A stretch of 64,000 nt of DNA, taken from Vicugna vicugna. Lineage: Eukaryota. The notes under the pieces were generated by a model. The model was not told the origin of the DNA and made no database searches. It worked only from the letters and a program-made list of their open reading frames with translations. Position numbers and translations under genes: made by a program. Below, in pieces: positions 24,601 through 34,412 of the stretch. The stretch lies in assembly GCA_013265495.1 (NCBI GenBank), contig MU059259.1:558001-622000 (forward strand). Direction: 5' to 3'. Position 1 is the stretch's first letter, and the number at the start of each line of letters is the position of its first letter.

Positions 24601-27600
24601 TTTCTTTTTAAACAGCTTGGCAAGTTTAGTTTGGTTTTCTGCAACCATGTGCTTAGCCAAAAAAAGTGAGATTAAAACCGGAAATTTTTCAGATCACACT
24701 CTCATGTCACAAGCCAACAAAATTCAAACTAAGAATAACAAAAGGGATTCCAAGAAACCCCACCATCCGAAAACGAGAAACACATTCCTACACGGGCTAA
24801 ATCCAAAAAGGCAACACAAACGGGAGTCACAGCCATCCCAAAACTTGCAAAAGGAAGGCATTTCACACCAGGCTGTCCTCAAAACAGGAGGCCTTAACGC
24901 CTCTACTGTTAGGGAGCGGGGCCAGTGGAGAACTGAGTCCTCGCCTTAGATGGGAAAGACAAGAAACCCAAAAGACACCAGGAAAAGCGTCCTTCTCAAA
25001 CACCCCGCGGACTCCTCCTGAGCCTAACGGGGGGGGGGGGCCGAGGAGGGGAAGGGATTCAGACGGACTCAGAGACTGGGCTTTCCGGACAGATGGAGCA
25101 TGAATGCGCTCTCAGGGAGGCAGCGGGGTCTGAGAGCAGGAAGCGTCTGAAGCATCAGCCCGGGGGCAGGGAGGGCTTACCCTCTCCGAGGGCCACAGCC
25201 TTGAGAGCGGCAAGAGGAGGAAACCCGTTGCTCTAAGGGAAAAGCCTGGGCCATGGTGTGACACGCGGCCCATGGAGACCCCAGACCCACCCAGCCTCCC
25301 AGCTGTGGAGCCGACGCTGCCCGTGGGGTCCGGGCCTCACCCCCAGCTCCTCAGCGATCTTCTGCCAGTCCAGGTGGCCGTGCCTGGCCGCGATGGCTTT
25401 CAGCTGCTCGACCTCCTGCCCCGTCCACTCCTGCTTGTTGATGCTCGGGTGCTCACAGTTCTGCCAGAACTTGCGGATCTCTTCTGCACTGCGACCTCCT
25501 TCAAACTGCACCAACACAGAGACCCGGGCTGCAGGGGGTGTCGCTCTGGCAGCCGCGGAGAGGTGGGATCTCTAGTCAGGATGCCTGGATTCGCGCAGCC
25601 GAAATGCAGAGGGGGCTCCAACCTCAAAGCCAAAGCCTCCACAGCCATCCACCTCAGAAGAGGCGCCTTGTTCCAGCAGGGAAGGCCCTGCAGGGCCACT
25701 CCATGTTGCTGGATGAGCACTCAACCAGGGAGGGTCACGGCAGGCCCGGTGGCCACACAGGTCTACGACCTTACCGCCTGCAGCTGACCCTGCCGACGCT
25801 GACCCGCCCCTCAGCTACCAGGACAGGCCACCCCCAACTTACGTTAACGTTGGAGATTTTCTCCCAGTCGTGGCTGTCCAGCCTGCTCCCCAGCAAGGCC
25901 TCCTCTGGGAGCTGACTGGAAAGGGCGGCAAGGGCACAGGGTCACGCCTGGCCTCCTGCCGCCCTCCCCGGCTGACACCCGCTGGCGACCTGGCTTACTT
26001 GATGTCCTGGATCTCCTTCTCGGCCTCCCTGGCCTGCTTTTCCAGGACCTGCCTCTCGGTCTCACTTGTGACCCTGCTCTGCTTCTGGTGCAAGTACTCG
26101 AGCCTGAAAGGCAGAGCAGAGGCACCACGGTCACTGATGATGCTGGTTTGCTCTGCGGGAGTCCCCACGGCTGGCTCGGCTTTCACTCGGACCCAGGGTG
26201 CGCCCCCTGGGGCCCGGCTCGATGCTGGCGCTGCCTCTGCAGACACACCGCTCAGTCTCTCCGAACCACCCCCAGAGAAAGCAGCAGCACCCCTCTGGTG
26301 TCGGGACGGCAAGGGCAGCAACGTGTGTGCTGATACAGATGTTGTATCACTGCTGCCCCACATCTCAGAGCTCGGTGTCCCACTGCCGGCCCCGCACCCC
26401 ACATATAGGGAGGTGCTTCGCAGGCATCCTGGCCCTAATGCCCAGCGACAAGGCCGGAAACCGTCTCTTAGGACTGCAGTCACCCACGTGAGCACGTAAT
26501 CGCTTCCAGGACAGCCCAAGGAGCGTCCCAGCCATCACCGCGACAAACCCCGGCGCCACGCGGAGCCCCGGCCTGACTACAGGTGCTGAGACGTGGTTCC
26601 AAGACATCATCCTGTCAGCCCATACGTGCTGCAGATCTTGTGAGCGGTCCTCCTTTCCCGAGGTGGAAACGGAGGCCCAGGCCAGAGACACTGCCAGGTC
26701 ACACAGCCAACGTGGCCACTCAGCCTGAGTGGTGCCGGAGTATGTGCGCCAGTTTCCTTAGCTGCGGCCAGAACCGGGAGCAGCAGGTAGGATGCGGTCT
26801 GGCTCCCAGAGCCCCCGCACGCTTGACCTCAGGGTTCGGCGGCCTCCTCTGGGAGAGAGTTCAGAAACCAGAGCCTCTCCCGTGGCAGCAGAGGGACCCG
26901 GCAGAGAAGGGGGCACGGCTGAACGGGGCCTCTGCCCGTCACGAGCTGCCAGCCTGGGCGCCCTGCTCACCGGGCAGCCGTGTGTCCAGGCCCTGCTCTC
27001 AGACTTACTTCAGTAACTTGGGCTGAAGCAGACGCTGCAGGCGGTCGCTCACCACTGACTTTCGGAGCAGGGCCTTTTCCCAGTTTTTCCCTGAGGAGAC
27101 ACAAGGATGTCAAAGCAGCCCCTGGCCCCGCACTCAGGCCCCGTGCACTTCAGCTGAATCCTCTTGGGACCCTCGAGGTCTATCCAGGCTGCAGTGAGGA
27201 AGTGGCTGAGTGGCTGGCACCTGGGGATGCGGGCTGAGCGGTGAGCCAGGCCACAGGCACTGGGCCCTCCATCCAGCGAGCACAGCCCCACCCGGGCCTG
27301 GCACCAGCTACAAGCTCACACGGCAGGGCCTCCTGGGGCCTCAAGTTCAGGAGTTGGGAGGGAGACCAGAGAGGGCGCCGTAGTGGGTGGTCCGAGCCTG
27401 TCCCTCATGACAGCATCCTGAGGATCCCACCCAGCATGGGAAAGCAAGGCTCCAAGTAACCAGTTCTGGTGCTCGAGACCGAAGGTGCCTGTGACGCTGC
27501 TGGAGTCTCTCGTCACGCCCGGGGAGAGGCAGGGCACGGTGAAGGCCCCCCGCGTCCGAGTGTGGCAGGCACTGAGGACTGGGCGGGGCTCTTACACTTG

Positions 27601-30600
27601 GTCACTAGGAGCTGCTCGAAAGCCTTGATGCCCTGGGCAGCCTTCTCCCGCGTGTCTTTGTTGGCAGGAGGTCCCTGTCAGAGAACGGAGTGCCACAGTG
27701 TGGACAGAACCCAAGGGTGCTCCCCTGAAGGGCCCAGCATGTCCCTCTGGGGTCCCTCCTAAGACCCCTTCCCCACAGCCTCCTCCAGCAACCCAGCCAC
27801 GTGTGAGGCCAGGCCCTGGACGCCTGGACCTAGAACCGTGCCTTGTGAGTAGCTCTGGGATACAACCCAGTGGGCGTAGGATGGGTTCAGTGACCCCACG
27901 AGGGTGGACAAGGAGGAGAGGAATGCTGTTAGCAACATCAAGACCCCCACTACCAGAACTCAGCAGGCCCACCACGCTGCCCCGCCCACGGCACCACGTC
28001 TCAAGGAGCTGCCCCAGCGGGTTTATCAGAGAAGGGAGATCAACTGCCACCTTTGGGGGCGGGTTGGAGGGCACACCCTGACTTTCACCACTGGACCCAG
28101 GGGAGGCTTTTAATTTAGAAAGGTTGGGAAACACTGTCCTGAAGAATCCAAGGGAATTCACAACAGCCACAGAAGGCTGTGGGGACAAGAGCCCCTTCCC
28201 ACAGAGCCTGGCTGAAACCTCACCGAAGGGCAGGGCCCCGGCCACTCACCACGCCGGTCACCTTGTCCTTGAAGTAGGGCTTCATAAAGTGCCCAATGTA
28301 CAGATTTGGGGGCAGGCTCCTGCCGTCCTTCACCTTGGGGCCTTTGGACCCCGCCAGGTCCCACATGACCTCCTCCTGTGGCAGACACAAGGGCCCATCT
28401 GTGGGCCAGGCAGCAGCAACTCTCCCGGCAGAGAAGGGAGTAGACCTGACCCAGAGCCCAGCCCTGGTCCTGGGAGGCCCAGCTGCGGGGGCTCTGGGAG
28501 CCAGACCGCATCCTACCTGCTGCTCCCGGTTCTGGGCCAGCAGCAGGCTGACCTCTGCCAGCTTCTCCTGGATGACCTCCTGGTAGACCATGTTCAGCTG
28601 CAGACAGGTCTCCGGGTCCTCAGGGAGAGCTTTCTCTTTGGGGTCGTCTTCATCATTGCTGGCTTCACCCCACCTCTCTTCTTCCTGGTTACAAACAGGA
28701 AACCGCAGCTAAGGAAACTGGCGCACATACTCCGGCACCCTCGTGGCCCCAGGGGTGTGAAGGGCCCTGAGCAGGCTCTGGCTGTGGCCCGGCGTGGTCC
28801 ACAGAGTGCGTGCACACTCCCAGCTGAAGACAACTCTACTTAAATTTAACTTCTAGGAGTGTACTTCAGGTGTGGAAGCGTGAGAAAGTGAGCAGTTTTC
28901 ATTCTCCACAATAAAACCGTCTGTAAGGCTTGGACTTTAGAGCAGGCTCGTGCCATGTTCCTCGCTGGCAAATGCAGTGAACAAGAACATGTGCAAAGGC
29001 CACTGCAGCACCAGTGACACTAAAGACGGAGACAAACGCCCACCACAAGGCGATGCAGCTAAAACCCTGGAACTATAGTGAACCTGCGTCAGGGGACCAC
29101 CCAGCTAGTAAGAACAGGGAGCAATTCTATACCTACTGACTTGATAGAAAAACAAAAAGCCAACTGTAACAGTTTTCTGGAAGAACATAAAACTACAAAA
29201 CAAACAAGCAATAGTTAAACAGTATGTAGCGCGACCCAGAGCTGACTTGCCAGGCGCTGCCCTAGGCGCTGGCATGTGTGAACTGGCTTGTGCTGTAACT
29301 GCCCCTCCTGTTCAGGCTGGGAACCAGAGGCACAGAGAGGTGGACTACCAGGGGCAGGACCCAGGCAGCCCAGCAGCCCAGCAGCCCTTCCACGTCACAT
29401 GTCACACAAGACACAGCAGCCAGCAGCTCAGACAAGAACAGAGGCCAAACAACAAGCTGCCACCAGTGGCGGTTCTGGGGACCACCTTATTTTTGATGAT
29501 ACCTGGTGACGTCTCATCTTTACTAACAGGTGGGCAATATTTTTACAATGCGAAACACCCAGCTGGCTTCAAAGCACCCCCTTCCCAGACCCACCGGGAG
29601 GGTGGTGTGTCTGCCACAGCAGAAGTTACCGAGATCAGTGGAGCAGCAGCATCCGAGTCCTCATCAGGCAGTGAATCTGTAGGAACACAAGCAGACCATG
29701 TTGGTGACTGGCGATGGGGCGCCATGGGGGCCGGGGAGACCAAGCAGCTGCAGCTTCAAGGGGCTGGAGCCAGGCGGGGCGGGTGGGTGAGCGGGATGAA
29801 AGACCACAGGGAGACTTGTTTTGTGGGCCCCCCCGCCCCCCCAAGTGCCAGTGGCTGATCGCTGCTCACTGGCTGTGTGGAGCAGGTACTGCACCACGGG
29901 CAGGGTCAGCCAGAAGGAGAAGACACCAGCCTGACAAAAGTGCTCTCAGGCCTGCAGGGAACAGTGACCACTGGGACAATCAGTAGGAGACAGTTCTGTC
30001 CTGGGGGAACTGGAGCTTGTTATGGGGGAGAGCGGACAGACAGAGGCCCTGATATCAGGTGGAAAAAAGGCCTTGGTGTATTGGGAACTATGAGAAGTTC
30101 AGCCTCAGAGCTACCCCTGGAACCTGCAGAGAGGTGAACAGGTTGGGGGACCCTGGACAGCTCAGCCACTGCAGGCTGGCCTCCAGTCAGAGATGTGGTG
30201 CAGGTCACTCAGGGCCTGGGGAGCACTGGCAGGCGGGGGGCAGAATATGAGCCTTGGCACCAGGGGTCTCAGCTGTGACGCCTGTTCAACGAGGGGTGGA
30301 GGACAGAGCTGAACCCCGGGACCTTCCAATTCCTGTGGCAAGCAGTGTGGCCCTCCTCCCAGGACAGCCTGATGCAGATGGCCACTCTGGGGCAGGAAGC
30401 CCACGCATGGCTGGCAGGTCCAGGGGCTAACACGGGAGGAATGGTAACAAGCTGTCCAGTGGAGTAAAGGCAGAGGCTGGTTTTGCGGAGAGAGCAGCAC
30501 GGTGGCCTACTGGGCTGACAGGGCCCATGGCAGACACAGCTGTTCTAATTGTAGTGCGCGGGAGCTCACCTGCATCAGAGTCTGAATCAAGACTCGACTC

Positions 30601-30699
30601 TGAGACGTCCACACTGATACTTGAAGACTGAGGGTCCAAAATCCTTTCCAGCTCCTTGATCTCTTTTGATATTTTTTCTCTTTCAGCATCTATATCCAT
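8293..30699 (-). CDS. SNAPC4: snRNA-activating protein complex subunit 4 (SNAP190), 22 coding exons, 4239 nt, 1412 aa
   Basis: Hand-spliced join closes in frame. N-terminus [23 protein letters not shown]; Myb repeats ([36 protein letters not shown]); C-terminus [18 protein letters not shown]. Confidence 0.97.
9693..11302 (-). CDS. SNAPC4: SNAPC4 exon 22 (large, Pro-rich)
   Basis: CLLQNVPAR...[18 protein letters not shown]...[14 protein letters not shown]...[18 protein letters not shown]...SPAQ. Confidence 0.95.
11959..11986 (-). CDS. SNAPC4: SNAPC4 exon 21 (28-nt microexon)
   Basis: cttcttttccag|MPSSAQNTQ(G)|GTACTG; phase 0 to 1 fits the neighbouring exons. Confidence 0.85.
12741..12851 (-). 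CDS. SNAPC4: SNAPC4 exon 20
   Basis: [18 protein letters not shown]...PQLLQ. Confidence 0.94.
13321..13391 (-). CDS. SNAPC4: SNAPC4 exon 19
   Basis: [24 protein letters not shown]. Confidence 0.94.
13936..14155 (-). CDS. SNAPC4: SNAPC4 exon 18
   Basis: KEKRRQP...[28 protein letters not shown]...HSQ. Confidence 0.93.
14365..14448 (-). CDS. SNAPC4: SNAPC4 exon 17
   Basis: [28 protein letters not shown]. Confidence 0.92.
15266..15763 (-). CDS. SNAPC4: SNAPC4 exon 16 (Arg-rich, poly-Ser)
   Basis: [12 protein letters not shown]...[13 protein letters not shown]...SEADE; NAGNAG acceptor, so the start could be 15760. Confidence 0.9.
15635..15667 (-). repeat. (AGC)11 trinucleotide repeat encoding poly-serine
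   Basis: 11 uninterrupted GCT units on the + strand, inside SNAPC4 exon 16. Confidence 0.95.
16087..16166 (-). CDS. SNAPC4: SNAPC4 exon 15
   Basis: [27 protein letters not shown]. Confidence 0.97.
16430..16690 (-). mobile_element. tRNA-Ala-derived SINE (camelid Vic-1-like) with a tandemly amplified head
   Basis: - strand reads AGCTCAAGTGGTAGAG (A box)...GGGTTCAATCCC (B box), then an A-rich tail; degenerate TSD CAGGCGTTTC 16414-16423 / CAGACATTTC 16691-16700. Confidence 0.85.
16561..16690. repeat. Six tandem copies of a 20-23 bp unit CACTTGAGCTGTGCCCTCCCC
   Basis: Units start at 16561, 16583, 16605, 16625, 16646 and 16668. Confidence 0.95.
16770..17110 (+). mobile_element. Old LINE-1 3' fragment
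   Basis: Degenerate 'cccttgaacccagcaatgcc...aaatgtccatcgatag' L1 3' motifs. Confidence 0.55.
17466..19969 (+). mobile_element. LINE-1 with 5' UTR, partial ORF2 and 3' end, internally deleted; antisense to SNAPC4
   Basis: 5' CAAGATGG head at about 17477; endonuclease residues (GDFN..LT.MDRSS.QK) from about 18460; 'GPDG.TGE' near 19360; L1 3' end 19400-19940; A-rich tail; TSD AAGAACTT 17458-17465 / 19970-19977. Confidence 0.85.
19980..20074 (-). CDS. SNAPC4: SNAPC4 exon 14
   Basis: [31 protein letters not shown]. Confidence 0.97.
20120..20710 (+). mobile_element. LINE-1 ORF2 3' fragment
   Basis: 'atgacaccaaa...aaacttctgtgcgtcaag...gtaccacttcacacccact...tgctggtggga' L1 motifs. Confidence 0.8.
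20765..21215 (-). mobile_element. LINE-1 ORF2 3' fragment (inverted)
   Basis: 'tggccatttgtatgtcttctttggagaaatgtctgttcaagtcc' is reverse-strand L1. Confidence 0.85.
21220..21400 (+). mobile_element. LINE-1 (L1M) 3' terminus
   Basis: 'gatcaaaatgttctaaaattgactgtgatgatggctgcac...aataaagctgtt'. Confidence 0.7.
21688..21782 (-). CDS. SNAPC4: SNAPC4 exon 13
   Basis: [32 protein letters not shown]. Confidence 0.97.
21928..22034 (-). CDS. SNAPC4: SNAPC4 exon 12
   Basis: [17 protein letters not shown]...WTPEEDA. Confidence 0.97.
22257..22404 (-). CDS. SNAPC4: SNAPC4 exon 11
   Basis: [17 protein letters not shown]...SHIPYRR. Confidence 0.96.
23095..24950 (+). mobile_element. LINE-1 (L1MB-like) ORF2 3' half and 3' UTR, plus older L1 debris
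   Basis: ORF 23197-23622 gives [26 protein letters not shown]...KKWTKELN (degenerate ORF2 C-terminus); L1 3' UTR motifs run to about 24310. Confidence 0.8.
25341..25505 (-). CDS. SNAPC4: SNAPC4 exon 10
   Basis: [16 protein letters not shown]...WQKIAEELG (Myb). Confidence 0.97.
25843..25915 (-). CDS. SNAPC4: SNAPC4 exon 9
   Basis: [24 protein letters not shown]. Confidence 0.96.
25999..26103 (-). CDS. SNAPC4: SNAPC4 exon 8
   Basis: [11 protein letters not shown]...EKEIQDI. Confidence 0.96.
26640..26730 (+). mobile_element. MIR remnant
   Basis: 'gaggtggaaacggaggcccag...ccaggtcacacagc' resembles the MIR core. Confidence 0.5.
26731..26819 (+). repeat. Inverted composite local duplication of the SNAPC4 exon 4 flanks
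   Basis: 26731-26767 = reverse complement of 28703-28739 (37/37); 26768-26819 = reverse complement of 28484-28535 (52/52). Confidence 0.95.
27009..27090 (-). CDS. SNAPC4: SNAPC4 exon 7
   Basis: [28 protein letters not shown]. Confidence 0.96.
27596..27674 (-). CDS. SNAPC4: SNAPC4 exon 6
   Basis: [26 protein letters not shown]. Confidence 0.96.
28250..28375 (-). CDS. SNAPC4: SNAPC4 exon 5
   Basis: [12 protein letters not shown]...YFKDKVTGV. Confidence 0.96.
28517..28684 (-). CDS. SNAPC4: SNAPC4 exon 4
   Basis: [14 protein letters not shown]...AQNREQQ. Confidence 0.96.
29630..29676 (-). CDS. SNAPC4: SNAPC4 exon 3
   Basis: [16 protein letters not shown]; phases fit both neighbours. Confidence 0.9.
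30570..30699 (-). CDS. SNAPC4: SNAPC4 exon 2 (ATG)
   Basis: MDIDAEREK...DSDSDA; GTGAG donor. Confidence 0.96.
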
Positions 30700-31379
30700 G
30701 GCTCCTACCTGCCTCCAAAATACAACACAAGATGCTAGAAACCAAAGGGTATGCGGGAATCTCATTGTCCCTCAGATGCACAGGCCTGCAAGGGGTGGCA
30801 GAGCACTGACCAAAGCAGGTCCTGGGCTCCTAGAGGCCCAGCCCGGGGAGCCCTATGAACCCCAGCTCTTTACTGTCGGCTGCTCCAAGGTTGCAACCAG
30901 CACGGGGGGAAGAATGATGGTCACCAACATGGTCCAACATGCCTGGTCTGTCTACCCACAACCAAGCCGAGAATGAGCCGGTCACGTGGAGCATTAAGAG
31001 GAGAATGTGGTGGCAAAACTGTCAGAGGATGAGGACAAGGCCCGCAGACCACGCGAAACCTGAACTTGGGACCACAGGTGCAGCCTGCTCTCCCTCGGCA
31101 CAGAGGTGGACACAGAGGGCATCTGGCCGGCGTCCGCTGAAATACAGACGGACCAGGTGGCATGCGCCAACAGCTCTGGGAAGGAAGCCCCAAGGGCAAG
31201 GCCCACGACTGCCCAGCAGCTAGTCCAGCACCTGGCCCTGGGTAGTGTCTGACACTGAACAAACTCTGCTAAAGAAACAGGGACTTCTTTTCTTAGGATT
31301 GAGGGTCTGGAAAATCTCAAATAGTCCGAGAGAGGGAGAATAAGTCACTGGTAAGGGAAACAGAACGGAACACAAGCAC

Positions 31380-32120
31380 AGACCAGAAACCCAAAACACG
31401 CACGAGAAACATCCTCCTCGCCCCCGGCCGGCCCCTCCCTGCTGCAGACCCACAGAGGCCCGCCCTGCGACAACCGGGGCGCCCCCAGCTCGCACAGCAG
31501 CACAAAGCTGAGATTTCAAAGGTTTATAAACCCAACTACGGCCAAACGCCAGCCAGTCTGCAGAACCGGCACAGCTCCTGGCAGGCGCCGAGCGGCCCCT
31601 CCGCGGGCGGCCGGGAGGGAAGCCTCAAGGAGCCGCAGCGCGGTCTGCGGGCGCCCCCGGCCGGCTCGGCCCCGGGCCCAGAGACCCGCGGGCGTCAGGC
31701 AGCCCTGCACGCTCTGCCTCCGACGGCGACCGCCGGGGACTGGGTGCGGAGAGCCTCTGGGGCGGACCCCGCCTCCTCCCGCTGCCCCTCGCCGCCGCTC
31801 CGGGCCCGTCGACCCCCACGGCTCCTCACCGGCAGCAGCCCTGGCGCCAGGCCTCTGCACCCCACGCTTCCGGCAGCTGCGCGACTCCCGAGCCGCGGAC
31901 CGGAAGTCCCGCCTCCACGGTCGCGACGGAGGCACGCCGGGTTGAGGCCCACAGGCGGGCCGGTGCTGCCCCCGCGCGGCCACCCTCGGGACTGCCCGCG
32001 TCCGCAGGAGGCCTGGCTGCGGCCCCCATTGGGCGGGGTCACCCAGTAGCCGGGAGCTCGCCTGGCAGCGTTCTCTCCCCCGCGGTGGGACCTCCCGCAG
32101 CGCCCGAGCCTCACTGTGCT
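31380..32120 (-). promoter_or_regulatory. SNAPC4: SNAPC4 CpG-island promoter and non-coding exon 1 (donor at 31829)
   Basis: High CpG density; CCGGAAGT ETS site 31900-31907; CCG|GTGAGG donor. Confidence 0.75.
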
Positions 32121-33436
32121 GTTTCTCCGTTAGCTGTATGCAGGGTTTTGGTTGAGGAACCGAGGAGAATCCTGCCCAGCACTCGATACTGTCCTGGCCA
32201 GGCCATCTCCAGACCACCCTCCTGGCCCGGTGCAGCGCTCTGCGAGGAGCGGGCGGAGCCGGCCAGGAGGGGCCCCTGACCCCCAGAGGGGCATCTTCCC
32301 GAGGGTGATGGTGGCTGGGTCCCAGCGGATGAGTAGGTCCCCTCTAGTGAACCAAGTGGAGCTGGAGGCCGGTGGGCGCAGGGGAAGCTGGGATTGGCGC
32401 TGAAGCGAGGACGACGACGGTGGAAACTGCGGGCTGCCTGTTCTCCAGGGCTCACCGAGTGCCCCTGGAGTAGCCCAGGACGTGCCTGCCGGAAACCCGG
32501 GGGCAGACACGCGGGTTCGTTAAGTCGCCGAGAATGGCGAACCCAAGTTTTGCTGTCGAACACTTAAAAAGTAGAGGGAGAGACGAGAGTGTAATAAAAG
32601 CCTGTGTCCGCCCGCCTTACCTCGTGGAGACCCTCTCTGCCCGCCCCGCCCCCAGCAGGCTCTCCGCCCACAGCTGCAGCAGCTGGAGCCCACTCACGTC
32701 CAGGGCCAGGGGTGGGTGGCCCATCTGAGGGTTGCTGCTCTAGGAGCCACCCTGCTTTGGGCCCACCCTGGCCTGTGGGCCGGTGGGTGAAGGAGGTGCC
32801 AGGCTGGTGATCTGCCTGCACGGGCCCAACCCCTGTAAAATGCTGTGCCCTCCATGCAGGGCTGTGGCCCGAGGCATCCTCCCTGGCAGTCCCATCCCTG
32901 TTTTTACAGGTTTCCCAGAGCTGCTATGTGTACACCCAGAAGAGAACCTCTCTCTTACACTGTCCTGCTAGACCATCCTGTCTGAAGTCTGCTCTGACAA
33001 TAGAACCCAGAGCCCACTTTTCACCAATGGGCAGGAGCACGAGGCATTGGTGGGGGGTAAGATGAAAGACGTGGTCCACGGTGCTTCTGGGAGGCTCTTA
33101 CCCATAGCTAAGGGCAGTGGGCCTAGCAGTTTAAACGTCCTGAAAATTCAGCCGCATGATCTCAACTGCTCCAATACTAGAATCCAACCTGTCCTACTCA
33201 ACAGGCTGCTCTGACTCGACTCGCAAGTCTACAGCGTGCTGTCACCGCAGCCGGGCCCACACAGCAGTGGCCCGAGTCCACCCCTAACGGGCAGGGCCCG
33301 ATGCTTCATTCGTCAGCATAAACCACCTGTTAGGACAGGACAGGACACATACCTTGAAATCAGGGGACAGCCGCATGCTTCTCAGACATAACAGGCCAAG
33401 TCACAAAAACAGGGACAGTGCATATGAATTTTAGAA

Positions 33437-33491
33437 TTTATTGAACAAAAAAAGCTGTTGACTTGAAAAGGAGAGGAAAAGGAAGTTTATT
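33437..33491 (-). terminator. ENTR1 polyadenylation signals
   Basis: AATAAA on the - strand at 33437-33442 and 33486-33491, about 0.85 kb after the stop. Confidence 0.7.
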
Positions 33492-34315
33492 TTAAAAAAT
33501 AACATCCACGGGAACACAGCCAGAAAGGCGTCTAGTGCACGAGGCCTCACTGCAGACAGGAAGGGGTGGGAGAGGCACTGTGGGGCACGGCGCACTGCCC
33601 CGGGAAGGCTCTGCCCACGCTCCATGCTCCTGGTATAAGGTGCCACCTGAAATGTGTACCAAAACCCTTCAGCCAAGAGCAGTTTTCTGAATCTGAAGGC
33701 CCACGGAGAGATGCACTTAGATGGCCCCCCACCGTGGAATGCCCGTGCTGACTTTGGTCCCCGTGGGGGTCCGGGCTTAGGCCACCAGCCACAGAGCCAC
33801 CCTGTGAAGGCCAACAGAGTGGACACGAGCCAGAGGGGGCGCGGAGCGAGGGCGGGAAGGCACAAGTCCCCTCTGACTAGGTGTTTAGTTACAGCTCATT
33901 TAGTGTTGTTCTCGCCTCGTGAAGTCAAGGACGAGCAACTGGACTTCTCTGACAATTATTCTGGAATGACAACGGAAAACGCTTATAAAACAGAACTACT
34001 GCTTTTGTGTTTAGTACGTTAAAAAAAAAACCAGCTCTTATAGAAGTGCCTCCCAGTAGCAGATTGGCAGCTGGAAACCAGTGGGAGCCCCCGGAGGGGC
34101 TGCGTCCAAGGCAGGGGCGGCCTCCTAGCCAGGAACAGCTCCTCCCCGTGCGTGGCTGGTAACACTGTGACCGGTCGTGACGTCAGTCTCGCATGATAAA
34201 GATTTCTATCACGGGTGAGGACTGTATATGTAAAGACACAGTGGTGCTTTGGAATCTTTGGGTAGTTATTTCAGGATGTAAACAGAGCTGTGAGCTGGAA
34301 GCCCCTCAGTGGTTC

Positions 34316-34412
34316 TCAGGACTCCTTCTCATCTTTAATTTCAGAAATTCTGTCTATAGATTTAAGGATTTCAGCAACGAGATTCAACGTTTCAGCTCCA
34401 GAAACCAGCTGC
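34316..34412 (-). CDS. ENTR1: ENTR1 exon 10 coding part (TGA at 34316-34318)
   Basis: QLVSGAETLNLVAEILKSIDRISEIKDEKES*. Confidence 0.96.

Noticed and set aside
33915-33960. + strand 'EVKDEQ' resembling the ENTR1 C-terminus (possible inverted duplicate)
   Set aside because: The match is only about 5 residues with no extended nucleotide identity to 34316-34350, so chance is the likely cause.
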